Below are positions 35,231-46,896 of a stretch of 64,000 nucleotides of DNA, in pieces. The stretch comes from an uncultured bacterium (GTDB taxonomy: Bacteria > Krumholzibacteriota > Krumholzibacteriia > LZORAL124-64-63). The stretch lies in the NCBI GenBank assembly GCA_963727525.1, contig CAVSGO010000005.1:416001-480000 (forward strand). The letters run 5' to 3'. Under the pieces are notes generated by a model. That model searched no databases and was not told where the DNA came from. It was given only the letters and a program-made list of their open reading frames with translations. How positions within the stretch are numbered: position 1 is the stretch's first letter; every line of letters starts with the position of its first letter. A program made the translations under genes and the position numbers.

Positions 35231-35390
35231 CCACTGAGCGGTTCTTGATGGCGTTGTACCTGTGTCGCCATAATTTTTGTTCCTTAAAACCAGTAAACCA
35301 GTTGAAATTTTGTGATGAACTAATTATTCATCATCTTTTGGCAATTCATCGAAGGCATGTATACATTCCCTACAAATCAATATCTATCTG

Positions 35391-35417
35391 CAGGGAGCGT
35401 ATGTATGCGCTCCCCTG
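35391..35417. repeat. REP-like hairpin or terminator
   Basis: GGGAGCGTAT-gt-ATGCGCTCCC just downstream of the VOC gene stop. Confidence 0.5.
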
Positions 35418-35427
35418 AAGCCAGAAT

Positions 35428-36129
35428 TCAATGAAAATTCTTTGCGACCCGCCCGATGATGGTGCAAACCGTATCCGGCAGAGTCAACACACTGTCTTCA
35501 TGGGTATGGTCGATAACCACCGTCATTGGATTGTTGCCCGCAGGGACGCTGGTATTCGGAAACCATTCGCGCCCTGCTGTAACGACAATTAACAAGCCGT
35601 CATCGTTCCCCATCGCGGTAAAATCGTCATTATCCAGCCCATCAAACACCGGCACATCAAACGCCGCGCTGATTTCGTACACCGCGTTTTTAACATCCGG
35701 CACGCCCATACCAATTTCACTGATTGACAGCAGAGACTCCACACTGAAAGGCGAGTCGCTGGCATTCTTCAAGCGATGGCGGGCGATAAATTCGAGCACA
35801 TTGCCCGCGCTATCGTAACAATACAGACCGTGCGCCACCCACGACTCAAAATGGATGCTTCCCGCGCCGTCCGTCATCGGGATTAAATGCACGCGGTCTT
35901 TCACCCACGCTTTAGCCGCTTCAAATTGATTTTCCGGAATATTGAAGGCGACATGATAACGATGCGCGCCACCGGACACAAACCTGAGTAGGGATTCGCC
36001 GATGCGAATTTCGATGGCTTCGTCGTCGTCAGGAGCGTTCCAGCGGATATCTAAGCCGAGTGTCTTTTCGTAAAATGACGCAAGTTGAGCGAGGTCGGCG
36101 GTTTGCAGATGGAGTTCACGAATGTGCAT
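35428..36129 (-). CDS. Two-domain VOC protein, lower GC
   Basis: FYEKTLG, YHVAFNIPENQF, DSAGNVLEFIARH, SISEIG. Confidence 0.88.
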   Translation of the reverse strand: MHIRELHLQTADLAQLASFYEKTLGLDIRWNAPDDDEAIEIRIGESLLRFVSGGAHRYHVAFNIPENQFEAAKAWVKDRVHLIPMTDGAGSIHFESWVAHGLYCYDSAGNVLEFIARHRLKNASDSPFSVESLLSISEIGMGVPDVKNAVYEISAAFDVPVFDGLDNDDFTAMGNDDGLLIVVTAGREWFPNTSVPAGNNPMTVVIDHTHEDSVLTLPDTVCTIIGRVAKNFH

Positions 36130-36189
36130 TGAAGCCTGTCTCCGTGTTTGGTTTTCATGATCGTTCGCGGATTTTTCTCGATGAGTAAA

Positions 36190-36500
36190 GGACGATAAGA
36201 CCACGTTCTCGAAACCCCACTCCCCCATGGCGCCGGCTCGCGGGCTCGATTCTACCACATGTTCGCCGTGCGATCGCGCGGGAATCGCCCATGAACCTCT
36301 CGACACGCCAAACACGGCCGGCGGCTCGCTCTCCGGGTCCAGGTGGTCGAGGGTCCGCTTGATCACGGCCGAGTCCGGGATGAAGAACACGATGGTCGTC
36401 GGGCCGCCGTATCGGGGACACTGCAGGGGCCGCGCTTCGTGGATGCGCGCCGGTAGCAGTACCCAGCAGCGTGACGCCCTGGGTCGCGGCTCAGTCGCCT
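36190..36500 (-). mobile_element. IS91-family transposase C-terminal remnant plus downstream end
   Basis: WVLLPARIHEARPLQCPRYGGPTTIVFFIPDSAVIKRTLDHL resembles the WAxLxARIYEVxPLxCPxCGG...FIxDxxVIxxILxHL tail. Confidence 0.7.
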
Positions 36501-36633
36501 CCGCCAAACCCATCACCGCCCGGACGCGCTCGTGGGCATGCGGCACCGTGCCGGCGGGCCCGGCCGTCCGAGTGACCGCCGTGCACATCTTCGCCACCGG
36601 GGCCAGCACACTGCAGTAGCGGTATCTCGAGTT

Positions 36634-37269
36634 TCAGGCCGAGGCGTCGCGGTGCATCCGCAGCTCGTCGCTGATCTCGCTGACGCCCTCGAACATGCGG
36701 CGGGCAGCGGCGACCAGGGTGTCCGTCTCGGCCGTCGCGAAGCCGACGGCGTTCATGTCGGCCTTGAACTGCCGCCACTTCGCGGGCTGATCGTCGCCGT
36801 AGGGCGCGAGGTAGCGGCCACCGCGGGTGGGTGTCAGATCGAGCGCCGGCAGCAGCTTGTCGGCGATGAATCGGTTGCCGTTGTTGCTTCCCTCGAGCAC
36901 GTAGTGGAATCCGAGCAGGGCGAGAGGATCCTCGCGCGACGCACGCACGATGTCGGCCACCAGCCGGCGCGTCGCCGGCAAGGCCGTGATCGCCGTATCC
37001 TCCACCCCCAACACCGCGAGATCGTCCCGCAAATATGGCGCCTGCATCTGCTCGTCGCGGACGGCGGCGAAGCGTGGGTCGTCGCGGTGTTCGACGAGCC
37101 GGGCCTCCAGCTCACGGTGGATGACCAGCATCTGGCCGAGCCAATCGGCAAAATCTCCGCGCGACAGCTCACCGGCCACCATCCGCTGCTGGAAACGCCG
37201 ACCCTCGGCGGTATCGTGCAGGTCGCGGGTCTCGGTGCGCAGGCGCGTCATCACGGTCGTATCGGACAT
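36634..37269 (-). CDS. Biliverdin-producing heme oxygenase family
   Basis: LRTETRDLH..AE, YVLEGSNNG. Confidence 0.9.
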   Translation of the reverse strand: MSDTTVMTRLRTETRDLHDTAEGRRFQQRMVAGELSRGDFADWLGQMLVIHRELEARLVEHRDDPRFAAVRDEQMQAPYLRDDLAVLGVEDTAITALPATRRLVADIVRASREDPLALLGFHYVLEGSNNGNRFIADKLLPALDLTPTRGGRYLAPYGDDQPAKWRQFKADMNAVGFATAETDTLVAAARRMFEGVSEISDELRMHRDASA

Positions 37270-37441
37270 GGTCTTTCTCCTGGCGTGTCGGCATGCGGGA
37301 TTCGATATGGAAACCATAAGTCAAATGGTCCCCTTCCACCACCATAACGGGAAAGCGCCGATTGGGCTTCCGCGGCGCGCTGGGATCGGCACACGACCGG
37401 CCCGCGATCGACGACCCGGAGTCACCGGCCTTCATCCTCGC

Positions 37442-37528
37442 TTCATCGTCGTTTGCGATGGTATCGCCTCAGATCTGGCCGCAGCGTACGGCCGGCACTT
37501 CTCACGACGGGAAGGAGACGACGATGAA
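37442..37528. repeat. Four-way-junction stem-loop element
   Basis: Closing stem TTCATCGTCGT/ACGACGATGAA enclosing three short hairpins. Confidence 0.55.
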
Positions 37529-37537
37529 AATCTCGAG

Positions 37538-39250
<1,713 letters not shown>

Positions 39251-39476
39251 GATCGACCTTTCGTGGGTTACAACGCGTTTGCCGGCGCCATCGACGCCGA
39301 CCTCGTGGCGTTCAGTGTGCAACGTCCGGTACCCGCTGTCGAGGCCACCGATGATCGCGCACCCGCCGCGGCAAGTCGAGCCCTGGCACGTGAAGGAGAA
39401 TGCGAACAGGCCACCCGTCCGGGGAGGATCGGGGTGGACGTCGGATTGCCAGATGTCGGAACAGGCCGGCTCGGCA

Positions 39477-40331
39477 CTACCGCACCAGAATCATGCGCCG
39501 GGTCGCCGACACCCCCAGCGCCTCGATCCGGCAGAAGTAGGTCCCCGACGCCACCGCGCGCCCCGTCGCGTCGAGCCCGTCCCACTCCACCTCGTGCTCG
39601 CCAGGTGACACGACGTCTCCGTCGACCAGCACCCGGACCGACTTGCCCGACACATCGTGCACCGACAGAGTCACGCGCCCGCTCCGGATCAGGGCATACC
39701 GGATCGTCGTCCGCGGGTTGAAGGGATTCGGCCGGCACTGCTCGAGCACGACGGCTCGACGCACCGCGGCCCCGGGGACATCCGTCACACCGCCGTTGAT
39801 CGTCGCGACCGGGACGTCGACGTCGCCGGATGACGGGATCAGGGGCACCATGGCATCACCCGCCAGGTACGCCGGAAGGCCGTCGTCGATCGACTGGACC
39901 GAGGCCGGACCGAGCAGGATGCTGACCGGCACATCCTCCGCGAGGACGAACTGCCACGTCACCAGCACCACCGTCGCCGTCGACGGCAGCGGCGTCGCCA
40001 GACCCACGATGTAGTCTCCCTGCCGCGGGTCCTCGCTGTTTCCGAGGTCCACCGATTGGAACGGCCCGTCATGACCGAGCCGGGTCAACGCGCCCTCGGA
40101 TCCCGCCGGCACGTCGAGACGGTATCCCAGCTCGGCACCGCCGACGCTCGCTCCCGTCGGATTCGTGACGATCACGTAGGCGTGGAACGGAACGCCAGGC
40201 GTGCTCTCGAGGTCCGTCGACGTCGCGTCGGTATCGAAGTACACCCCTATATGATCGGGCGCAGGATCGGCGGGCACCGCGAGTGCGGCCCCGGCGACCA
40301 TGGCGCTCATGATGACGAGGACCTTGAGCAT
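39477..40331 (-). CDS. Secreted protein with FlgD-Ig-like tail
   Basis: Signal peptide; IGVYFD; PNPFNPRTTI...WDGLDATG...SGTYFCR. Confidence 0.88.
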   Translation of the reverse strand: MLKVLVIMSAMVAGAALAVPADPAPDHIGVYFDTDATSTDLESTPGVPFHAYVIVTNPTGASVGGAELGYRLDVPAGSEGALTRLGHDGPFQSVDLGNSEDPRQGDYIVGLATPLPSTATVVLVTWQFVLAEDVPVSILLGPASVQSIDDGLPAYLAGDAMVPLIPSSGDVDVPVATINGGVTDVPGAAVRRAVVLEQCRPNPFNPRTTIRYALIRSGRVTLSVHDVSGKSVRVLVDGDVVSPGEHEVEWDGLDATGRAVASGTYFCRIEALGVSATRRMILVR

Positions 40332-40378
40332 GGGCCAGACTCCCTGGCTGGACAGCGTCGCGCTCTCCGCGCGACACG

Positions 40379-41044
40379 TCACGGGCATTCGTGAATCGGC
40401 GGAACTCCGAAGTATGTATGCTGCGCGAGAATCGCGGCATCCGCAGGAGTCCACATACCGTCGTGATTCAGATCAGCGCAATCATCGTGATTGAAGTACA
40501 GCACCGCCATGGCAAACCTATCGGTACCTGTAGGCCCGGTGGGGTTGACGGCGCCGTCGCAATCGAAATCGACGCTGGTGATATGCAGGTTCAGAGGTGT
40601 GGAACTCGTCGCACATACGGTTCCGTTGATGACCAGTTCGACCGTGGGGTCGGTCGCACAACCGCCCCCGAGGAGTGAACCCGAGAACGTGAAGACACCA
40701 TTGGCATCCGAGTCGGCATCGGCCAGGAGGGTCCGGTCGGGATCACACGTGCAGAGACCGTCGATGTGGAGCCACGCGTCCTCGAAGGGGAAATTCGAGA
40801 TGGGATTGCCGTTGTCATCCATCAGCACGGCCGAGATCGTCGCATCGACCTGGACCGCCGGTGAGCCGCGAAGCCACGCTTGCGCCAGAGAATCGCCGTC
40901 ACCATAGGGACAGATCATGAGGCACACGGGCGGGGTTCCGGTGAGGACGGCGGGGATGATCAGGCTGCACTGGACCGCCGTCGCGCGCGTTCCCGCGAAC
41001 AGGATGAGGGACGTCAGAACGATCGACGTGTATCGTGCTCTCAT
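40379..41044 (-). CDS. Secreted Cys-rich protein with dockerin/EF-hand-like C-terminus
   Basis: Signal peptide; DFDCDGAVN and DLNHDG loops. Confidence 0.75.
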   Translation of the reverse strand: MRARYTSIVLTSLILFAGTRATAVQCSLIIPAVLTGTPPVCLMICPYGDGDSLAQAWLRGSPAVQVDATISAVLMDDNGNPISNFPFEDAWLHIDGLCTCDPDRTLLADADSDANGVFTFSGSLLGGGCATDPTVELVINGTVCATSSTPLNLHITSVDFDCDGAVNPTGPTGTDRFAMAVLYFNHDDCADLNHDGMWTPADAAILAQHTYFGVPPIHECP

Positions 41045-41196
41045 CGGGTGGCCCCTCGGGTGTGAGGATCGACACGCCGGACACGGGGAAAACGTACTCC
41101 TATCAAAGACAGATTTCAACGGATTTAGAAGTCGAGGAACACAACTTGCTCGGTCGAGCATCGCACCGCCGCCGCAATACACGAAAGGCCGGTTCC

Positions 41197-42312
41197 ATGC
41201 GCGTGCCGCTCTTGCCGATTCTCATCCTCGCCCTGGCCCTCCTCGCCGCCTGCGGCGGGGACCCGGGGTCTCCCGCCGACACCGCGACGCCCGGTTTCGA
41301 GCTGCTCACCAACCCCGAGGACGGCCCACCGGCCGGCAACCCCGACGTCACCAGTCCGGTCCCCGACGGCGCGGGCCTGGCCGACGTCTCCAGCCCCGAC
41401 CACGTGATCGGCACTGGCACGCCGGAGAGCTGCACCGCCGAGGCGTTCCTGGCGGCGGTGGCTGCCGGGGGCGTGATCGTCTTCGACGGCGGCGACCGGC
41501 CGTTCACCCTGACGCTGGGCGAACCGGCGCGTGTCTTCAACGATGCGAACCCCGACGTGGTCATCGACGGCGGCGGCCTGGTGACGCTGGACGGCCGCGG
41601 CCAGACCCGCCTCGTTTACATGAACACCTGCGATCCCGACCTGGTCTGGACCACACCCCACTGCCAGGATCAGGACAGCCCCCGCCTCGTGGTGCAGAAC
41701 CTCACCTTCATCAACGGCAACGCCATGGGAGACGTCGCGCACGACGGAGGCGGTGCCATCTGGACCCGCGGCGGACGCTTCCGCGCGGTGAACTGCCGCT
41801 TCTTCAACAACCGCTGTGCCCTCGCGGGACCCGACGTCGGCGGCGGTGCCATCCGCGCCTTCGACCAGTTCGAGGACCGGCCCGTCTATCTCGTCGATTG
41901 CACCTTCGGCGGGATGGATGGATTCGGAAACGTGGGCGCCAACGGCGGAGCAATCAGCAGCATCGGCGTGTCGTGGACCATCATCGACTGCGTCTTCGAT
42001 GGCAACCAGGCGGTGGGCAATGGCGGCAATCCCGCCGAGGCCGGCACCCCGGGCGGCGGCAGCGGCGGCGCGATCTACAACGACGGCAACACCATGTCCC
42101 TGTCGCTGGTCGGCACGCGCATCGAGTACAACCGTGTGAACGCGTACGGTGCGGCGATCTTCTTCGTGAGCAACGACCACACCGGCGACATCCGGATCGA
42201 GAATTGCGTGATCCGCGACAACCCCGGCGGATCGTGGTACCCCGCTTACCCCGGCATCTCCATGCACGCCGACACGCCCTGCGTGGTGATCGATTCCATC
42301 ATTGCGAGGTAA
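41197..42312 (+). CDS. Lipoprotein with beta-helix (GGAI-repeat) domain
   Basis: LAAC lipobox; four GGAI and FxxN motifs. Confidence 0.85.
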   Translation: MRVPLLPILILALALLAACGGDPGSPADTATPGFELLTNPEDGPPAGNPDVTSPVPDGAGLADVSSPDHVIGTGTPESCTAEAFLAAVAAGGVIVFDGGDRPFTLTLGEPARVFNDANPDVVIDGGGLVTLDGRGQTRLVYMNTCDPDLVWTTPHCQDQDSPRLVVQNLTFINGNAMGDVAHDGGGAIWTRGGRFRAVNCRFFNNRCALAGPDVGGGAIRAFDQFEDRPVYLVDCTFGGMDGFGNVGANGGAISSIGVSWTIIDCVFDGNQAVGNGGNPAEAGTPGGGSGGAIYNDGNTMSLSLVGTRIEYNRVNAYGAAIFFVSNDHTGDIRIENCVIRDNPGGSWYPAYPGISMHADTPCVVIDSIIAR

Positions 42313-42381
42313 CACGTCGCCCGTCTTCCGTGGCGAATCACGCGCACGCCGACGCACGTCGGGACGTCGATCCGGGCGTAG

Positions 42382-44064
42382 TTACCGCGAGAACACCAAA
42401 CGCGCCGTGGCGAAGTCCGCCGTCACCGCGCTCGCGCCCGCGGGCTCCACCCGCTCCCGCACACCGCCCACGCTGACGTCGCAGCGGCTGATGCCCAGGA
42501 AGCGGCGCCATGTGAGCGTCACCTCGGTGCGCCGGGCGACGCCGGGCAAATGACCGCACATGGCCCACGCCGTGCGGCGAAGCTGCAGTTCCAGCTCGTC
42601 GTCGCCGTCGTGCCAGCGGCCGCGGACGATGCCCAGCCACGATTCGGCGGCGCCGCCCTGGGGCAGGCCGAGGACCCAGCCGTCGTCGCTGAAGCCCCGG
42701 GTGAAGCCGCTGTTGGTGTACCAGAGCACATCGGGGTGGCGAGTCTCGCTGTACTGCAGGGCGAGGTCCCAGGCGGGGTCGAGCAGCTCGGCGCCGAGGA
42801 TGGCGGCGGGAACGGAGAGCTGCGGGATGGGGAGCCAGTCGTGGGGGTTGATGTCCTCTCCCCCGTACTCGGCCCATACGCGGCCGGCGGCTGCGGGCAG
42901 CAGCGGCCAGGGCGCGTGGCGAAATCGGACCTCCGTCGCGAAGGTCAGGATGCGGTCGGTTACGGGGCCATCGGAGGTCTCGCTCCAGGTGACGCCCGGA
43001 GTGGGGAACATGACCTCGGGCCAGTCGGTCCACAGGGTCTTGCCCGCGCGGGGCGCGGCCATGGCGGCGTGGGTGACGGTGGTGCGCAGCCAGGGCGTGT
43101 GGTTCCACGTGACCAGGGCCTGGGTGAGCAGGGGATGGGCCTCGCGCGTGAATCTTGTGTCATGGGCGTCCTCGTACTGGATGGTCTGGCGCGAAGTCGC
43201 GCCCACGCGTAGCAAGAGATGCGTCGGGGCCACGTGCCGCCACCAGCCACCCCAGGCGAAAGGTGCCACGCGCCGCACGGTGACGGCCGGGTAGGCCGGC
43301 GCCGAGAGGCTCGCGGTGAGGCCACCGTCCAGCCCCGGCCCCACGGACAGGGGTGTGAGCCCTGCCGACACCGACCAGCGTCCGAGGCGCACGCCGGTGA
43401 GGGCTCGCGGCCACGAGAGGTGCCAAGCGGGATCGCCATCGCGCGTGGTTCCGCGACGCGGCAGCATGGTGGCGTCCGGCCAGCCGCGATAGGCAAGCGA
43501 CGGATCGACGTCCCGTCCGAAGGCGATCGCGCGCCCTTCGAGGCGCGGGGCGACGCTGGCCCACCACGAGCCGGCCCACAGCGTGAACCCGGGCGCCAGA
43601 TCGGTGGCGATGCCGGTGCCGGCACCGAGGCCCGCCTCATCACGGATGAGGTCGCCGAGTCCCAGCGCCGTGATCCCGACCCGGCCCGCCAGACGGGCAT
43701 GAACGGGGTACCGTTTGCATTCGCAGGTCTGGGCGTACCACCCGTAGGTGCCCAGACCGTAGCGGGCGAGCAGGCGCGCGGCGACCCGACGCTCTGCGAG
43801 CGAGGACGTGACGTCACCGTCCTGGTCGCCGAGCAGGGACGCGGTGATTTCCCCCGCCGAGATCGGGAGATAGGGTGGCAGGAAGGTGCCGCCGAGGAGA
43901 GCTTGGCGACGCAGGGTCGCCCGCGGGATTGCGCGCGGATCGACCTCCACGGCGCCGCCGGTGCCGGCGCCAGCGGTGAGCAGGCCGCGGATCGCGTAGT
44001 AATCGTCGGCAGATGGTGGCGCGTCGGCTGCCGCGGCGGGGCGTGGGAGGCCAGCCGCGGCCAT
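42382..44064 (-). CDS. Outer-membrane protein, Wzi capsule-assembly-like (start uncertain)
   Basis: SVGPGLDGGLTASLSAP, EYGGED, beta-strand C-terminus. Confidence 0.65.
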   Translation of the reverse strand: MAAAGLPRPAAAADAPPSADDYYAIRGLLTAGAGTGGAVEVDPRAIPRATLRRQALLGGTFLPPYLPISAGEITASLLGDQDGDVTSSLAERRVAARLLARYGLGTYGWYAQTCECKRYPVHARLAGRVGITALGLGDLIRDEAGLGAGTGIATDLAPGFTLWAGSWWASVAPRLEGRAIAFGRDVDPSLAYRGWPDATMLPRRGTTRDGDPAWHLSWPRALTGVRLGRWSVSAGLTPLSVGPGLDGGLTASLSAPAYPAVTVRRVAPFAWGGWWRHVAPTHLLLRVGATSRQTIQYEDAHDTRFTREAHPLLTQALVTWNHTPWLRTTVTHAAMAAPRAGKTLWTDWPEVMFPTPGVTWSETSDGPVTDRILTFATEVRFRHAPWPLLPAAAGRVWAEYGGEDINPHDWLPIPQLSVPAAILGAELLDPAWDLALQYSETRHPDVLWYTNSGFTRGFSDDGWVLGLPQGGAAESWLGIVRGRWHDGDDELELQLRRTAWAMCGHLPGVARRTEVTLTWRRFLGISRCDVSVGGVRERVEPAGASAVTADFATARLVFSR

Positions 44065-44105
44065 CAGTCCGAGGCCGAGGATCAGGGCACGAAGCGGGAC
44101 ACGAA

Positions 44106-44375
44106 TCAGTGCACGAGCGCGAGCACGATGGCGCCGAGAATCCACACCGGAGCCAGCGCCAGCGCCAGGGACACCACGATCGGAGCCACGCCAAGAACGA
44201 GCACCGCGCCCAGCGCGAGCAGCGGCAGGCCCACCACCAGCAGGAAGGCCCCCTTCGCGAGGACGAAGGCCAGCTTGATCGGCAGGATCACCAGGCCGAC
44301 CACGAGCTTCAGCAGGCCCAGACCGAGCCCCAGCAGGACCATCAGGAATATCAGACCGAAAATCGCCTCGAACAT
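44106..44375 (-). CDS. Small hydrophobic membrane protein
   Basis: GGAGG RBS; almost entirely hydrophobic 89 aa. Confidence 0.8.
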   Translation of the reverse strand: MFEAIFGLIFLMVLLGLGLGLLKLVVGLVILPIKLAFVLAKGAFLLVVGLPLLALGAVLVLGVAPIVVSLALALAPVWILGAIVLALVH

Positions 44376-44427
44376 GGACCTTCCTCCCGCGATCGTGCGG
44401 ATTGCCGTGGACCCGACCGCCGAATAC

Positions 44428-44453
44428 TACGTGCTTGGCGGTGTCTGGTTGCA
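44428..44453 (-). promoter_or_regulatory. ECF (sigma-W-like) promoter
   Basis: TGCAAC-N16-CGTA upstream of 44375. Confidence 0.55.
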
Positions 44454-44662
44454 TCAGCGGGGCCGTCCCGGCTGGCAACGAGGGAGATACCCGGAGCGCG
44501 GCGTGTTTGTTCGGTTATCAGAAAACGGAGTTATTTTAATCAAAGAACCCGTAAATTTGTGATAAAATACTAAAAGCTGCTTCATTGGTGACATCCCGTG
44601 GTCCGTGGAACGCGCGCAATCCTCATTCCCACCCGGGCGGACCGTGAAGCAGCTACCTAGAT

Positions 44663-44695
44663 CGGCCGGCGGCACCGCCAGGATGCCGCCGGCCG
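44663..44695. terminator. GC-rich hairpin downstream of the M16 operon
   Basis: 12 bp perfect stem CGGCCGGCGGCA/TGCCGCCGGCCG; weak U-tract. Confidence 0.55.
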
Positions 44696-44721
44696 CTGTC
44701 CTTCCGGTCTTCGGCCCTCGG

Positions 44722-46857
44722 TCACGACTCCTTGGTGAACATGGCCTTGTCCACCTTGGGATTGGCCTGGAAGTCCTTGACCTCGATCGTGCCGAATTCC
44801 TCGTCGTCGAAGAACATGCGCATGGTCTTGGGCATGGTGAATCCTGCCATGTCCGCCGTCCCGTCGACATAAACCTTCACGGTGGTCGGCGACTGCGTCA
44901 TCGGGTTCGTGCCCTTGCTCTGCATCATCTTCACCAGACCCGTCTTCGCGTCCAGGAAGTAGATCTGGTAATCGTCCCCACCCTTGGGCGTGACGTAGAC
45001 CGGCTGGCAAGCCACGCCGTCGACCTCGGTGGGCTCGAGGGCCTGACAGTCGAACTGGTCGAGTTCCCGCAACAGGGCCACGGTGTCGCTACGCATGTCA
45101 CGATGGGCTTCCTCGAGATCATCGGCCGACATGTCCTTCGTCTTGCCCATGCCCGTGGCCCAGCCGGCATCGCCGGTGACAACCTGGGTCTGCTCGCCGA
45201 AGGGCAGCTTCGTCACCATGACCATGCGGTCGGGGAAGACGACGGTCTTCTCGATGTTGATGTCCATCGATCCCATCGGCGTGTTGGCCGTCATCACGCT
45301 CACCTCGTGATAGCTCGTGAGGCTGGTGATCTTCTTGCCGCCCGACCTGTCCCGCAGAGCCACCATGAGGTCGTGCCCCTTGGCCAGCGTCTCGGGGGTG
45401 GGATCCGGCACGTTCAGCGCGATCGACGGCTCGGGAATCGTGATGTCGATGGCGTTGACGGGGCCGAACTTGCTCAGATCGCCGTCCCAGTCGGACGCGT
45501 TGCCCACGGCGAGGATGCTCATCCGGTCCGGATGCCACAGCGCATCGCAGGCCGCCTGGATCTTCTGCGGCGTGAGCGCGCGCACGGCCTCCTGGTACTT
45601 CTGCAGGAAGTCGGCGGGGTAGCCATTCATCTCGAAGGTCACCAGCCGGTCGAGGACATCGCGCTTGCTCTCGTAGTCGAAGACCTCGCTGTTGAGAATC
45701 TGATCCTGAGCGCGCTTCAGCTCCTCCTCGGTGACTGGCTTGTCGAGCATGGCCTTGATGTCGTCGAGGATGACGTCGACCGACTGTTGCACGGTGCTGT
45801 TCTTGGTCAACGTGTAGGCCATGAACATGCCGGGGAACCGGTAGCCCGTGCCAGGAGCGCTGCCCACCGCGTAGGCCCAGCCGCGGTTGCTGCGCACGTC
45901 CTTGAATAACCGCGAGCCGAACCCGCCGCCGAGGATGTCGTTGGCGACCATCGCCGCCGCGTAGTTCGGATCGTCGTTGCGAATACCCTTGTGCCCGAGC
46001 ATCACCGTGGTCTGCGTGAGGTCGCTCTTGTCCACGATGTTCACGGTGCGCGGCAGATCGGGGATCGCCGGATCCGGTGGCAGCGGCTGCGTGGCCTTCT
46101 TCCAGCCCGTGAAGGCCTGGGTGATGGCGTCGACCATCTGCTGCCGGTCGAAGTCGCCCACGACCACGAGGTACGTGCGGTCGGGGTGGAAGTAGGTGTC
46201 GTGGAATGCCACCATGTCGTCGCGGGTGATCGCGGCGATGGAGTCGTACTCGGGCGTGCGGGCCAGCGGATGATCCGGGCCGAAGAGCACCTTCATCGCC
46301 TCGCGACGCGCGATGGCCATCGGCTCGTCGTTGCGACGCGAGATCTGTGCCTTCTGCTGCTCCTTCGCCAGGTCGATCTTGTCGTCGGCGAAGCGCGGAT
46401 GCATGAGGATGTCGGCCAGCAGGTCCAGCCCGAGGCTGGTATCCTCCTTCAGACACGATAGGTAGGCGTTGCCGCTGGTCTGCCCGATCGACGTCTCCAC
46501 CACCAGTCCACGCGCCTCGGCGAGCTGGTCGATCTCGTCGCCGGTGCGGTCGCCGGCGCCACCGGTGCGCAGCACGGTGCCGGTCATCGCGGCGAGACCC
46601 ACCTTGTCCGTGGGGTCGTAGATACCACCCGCGCGGATCGTGGCCGAGAGCTGGATCATGGGCAGGAAATGGTCCTCGGCGAGGTACAGCACCATGCCGT
46701 CGTCCAGCTCTACTCGCTCGTAGTCGGGCATCGTGAACGGTGCGAGCGCCGGGATCTTGATCTTCTGCCAAGGCTCCTTCGCGGTCGCCCCCGTCGCCAG
46801 CGACAGGGCGAGCACTGCCAGGAGGGCAGCCAGCGTCACGCGTGTCTTCGTCTTCAT
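44722..46857 (-). CDS. M16B peptidase non-catalytic subunit with extra C-terminal beta domain
   Basis: ILGGGFGSRLFKDVRSNRGWAY; no HxxEH; ~230 aa extension. Confidence 0.88.
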   Translation of the reverse strand: MKTKTRVTLAALLAVLALSLATGATAKEPWQKIKIPALAPFTMPDYERVELDDGMVLYLAEDHFLPMIQLSATIRAGGIYDPTDKVGLAAMTGTVLRTGGAGDRTGDEIDQLAEARGLVVETSIGQTSGNAYLSCLKEDTSLGLDLLADILMHPRFADDKIDLAKEQQKAQISRRNDEPMAIARREAMKVLFGPDHPLARTPEYDSIAAITRDDMVAFHDTYFHPDRTYLVVVGDFDRQQMVDAITQAFTGWKKATQPLPPDPAIPDLPRTVNIVDKSDLTQTTVMLGHKGIRNDDPNYAAAMVANDILGGGFGSRLFKDVRSNRGWAYAVGSAPGTGYRFPGMFMAYTLTKNSTVQQSVDVILDDIKAMLDKPVTEEELKRAQDQILNSEVFDYESKRDVLDRLVTFEMNGYPADFLQKYQEAVRALTPQKIQAACDALWHPDRMSILAVGNASDWDGDLSKFGPVNAIDITIPEPSIALNVPDPTPETLAKGHDLMVALRDRSGGKKITSLTSYHEVSVMTANTPMGSMDINIEKTVVFPDRMVMVTKLPFGEQTQVVTGDAGWATGMGKTKDMSADDLEEAHRDMRSDTVALLRELDQFDCQALEPTEVDGVACQPVYVTPKGGDDYQIYFLDAKTGLVKMMQSKGTNPMTQSPTTVKVYVDGTADMAGFTMPKTMRMFFDDEEFGTIEVKDFQANPKVDKAMFTKES

Positions 46858-46896
46858 CGTCGGTCCTTTCTCACGGCTCGGGACACGGGGCCCGGC

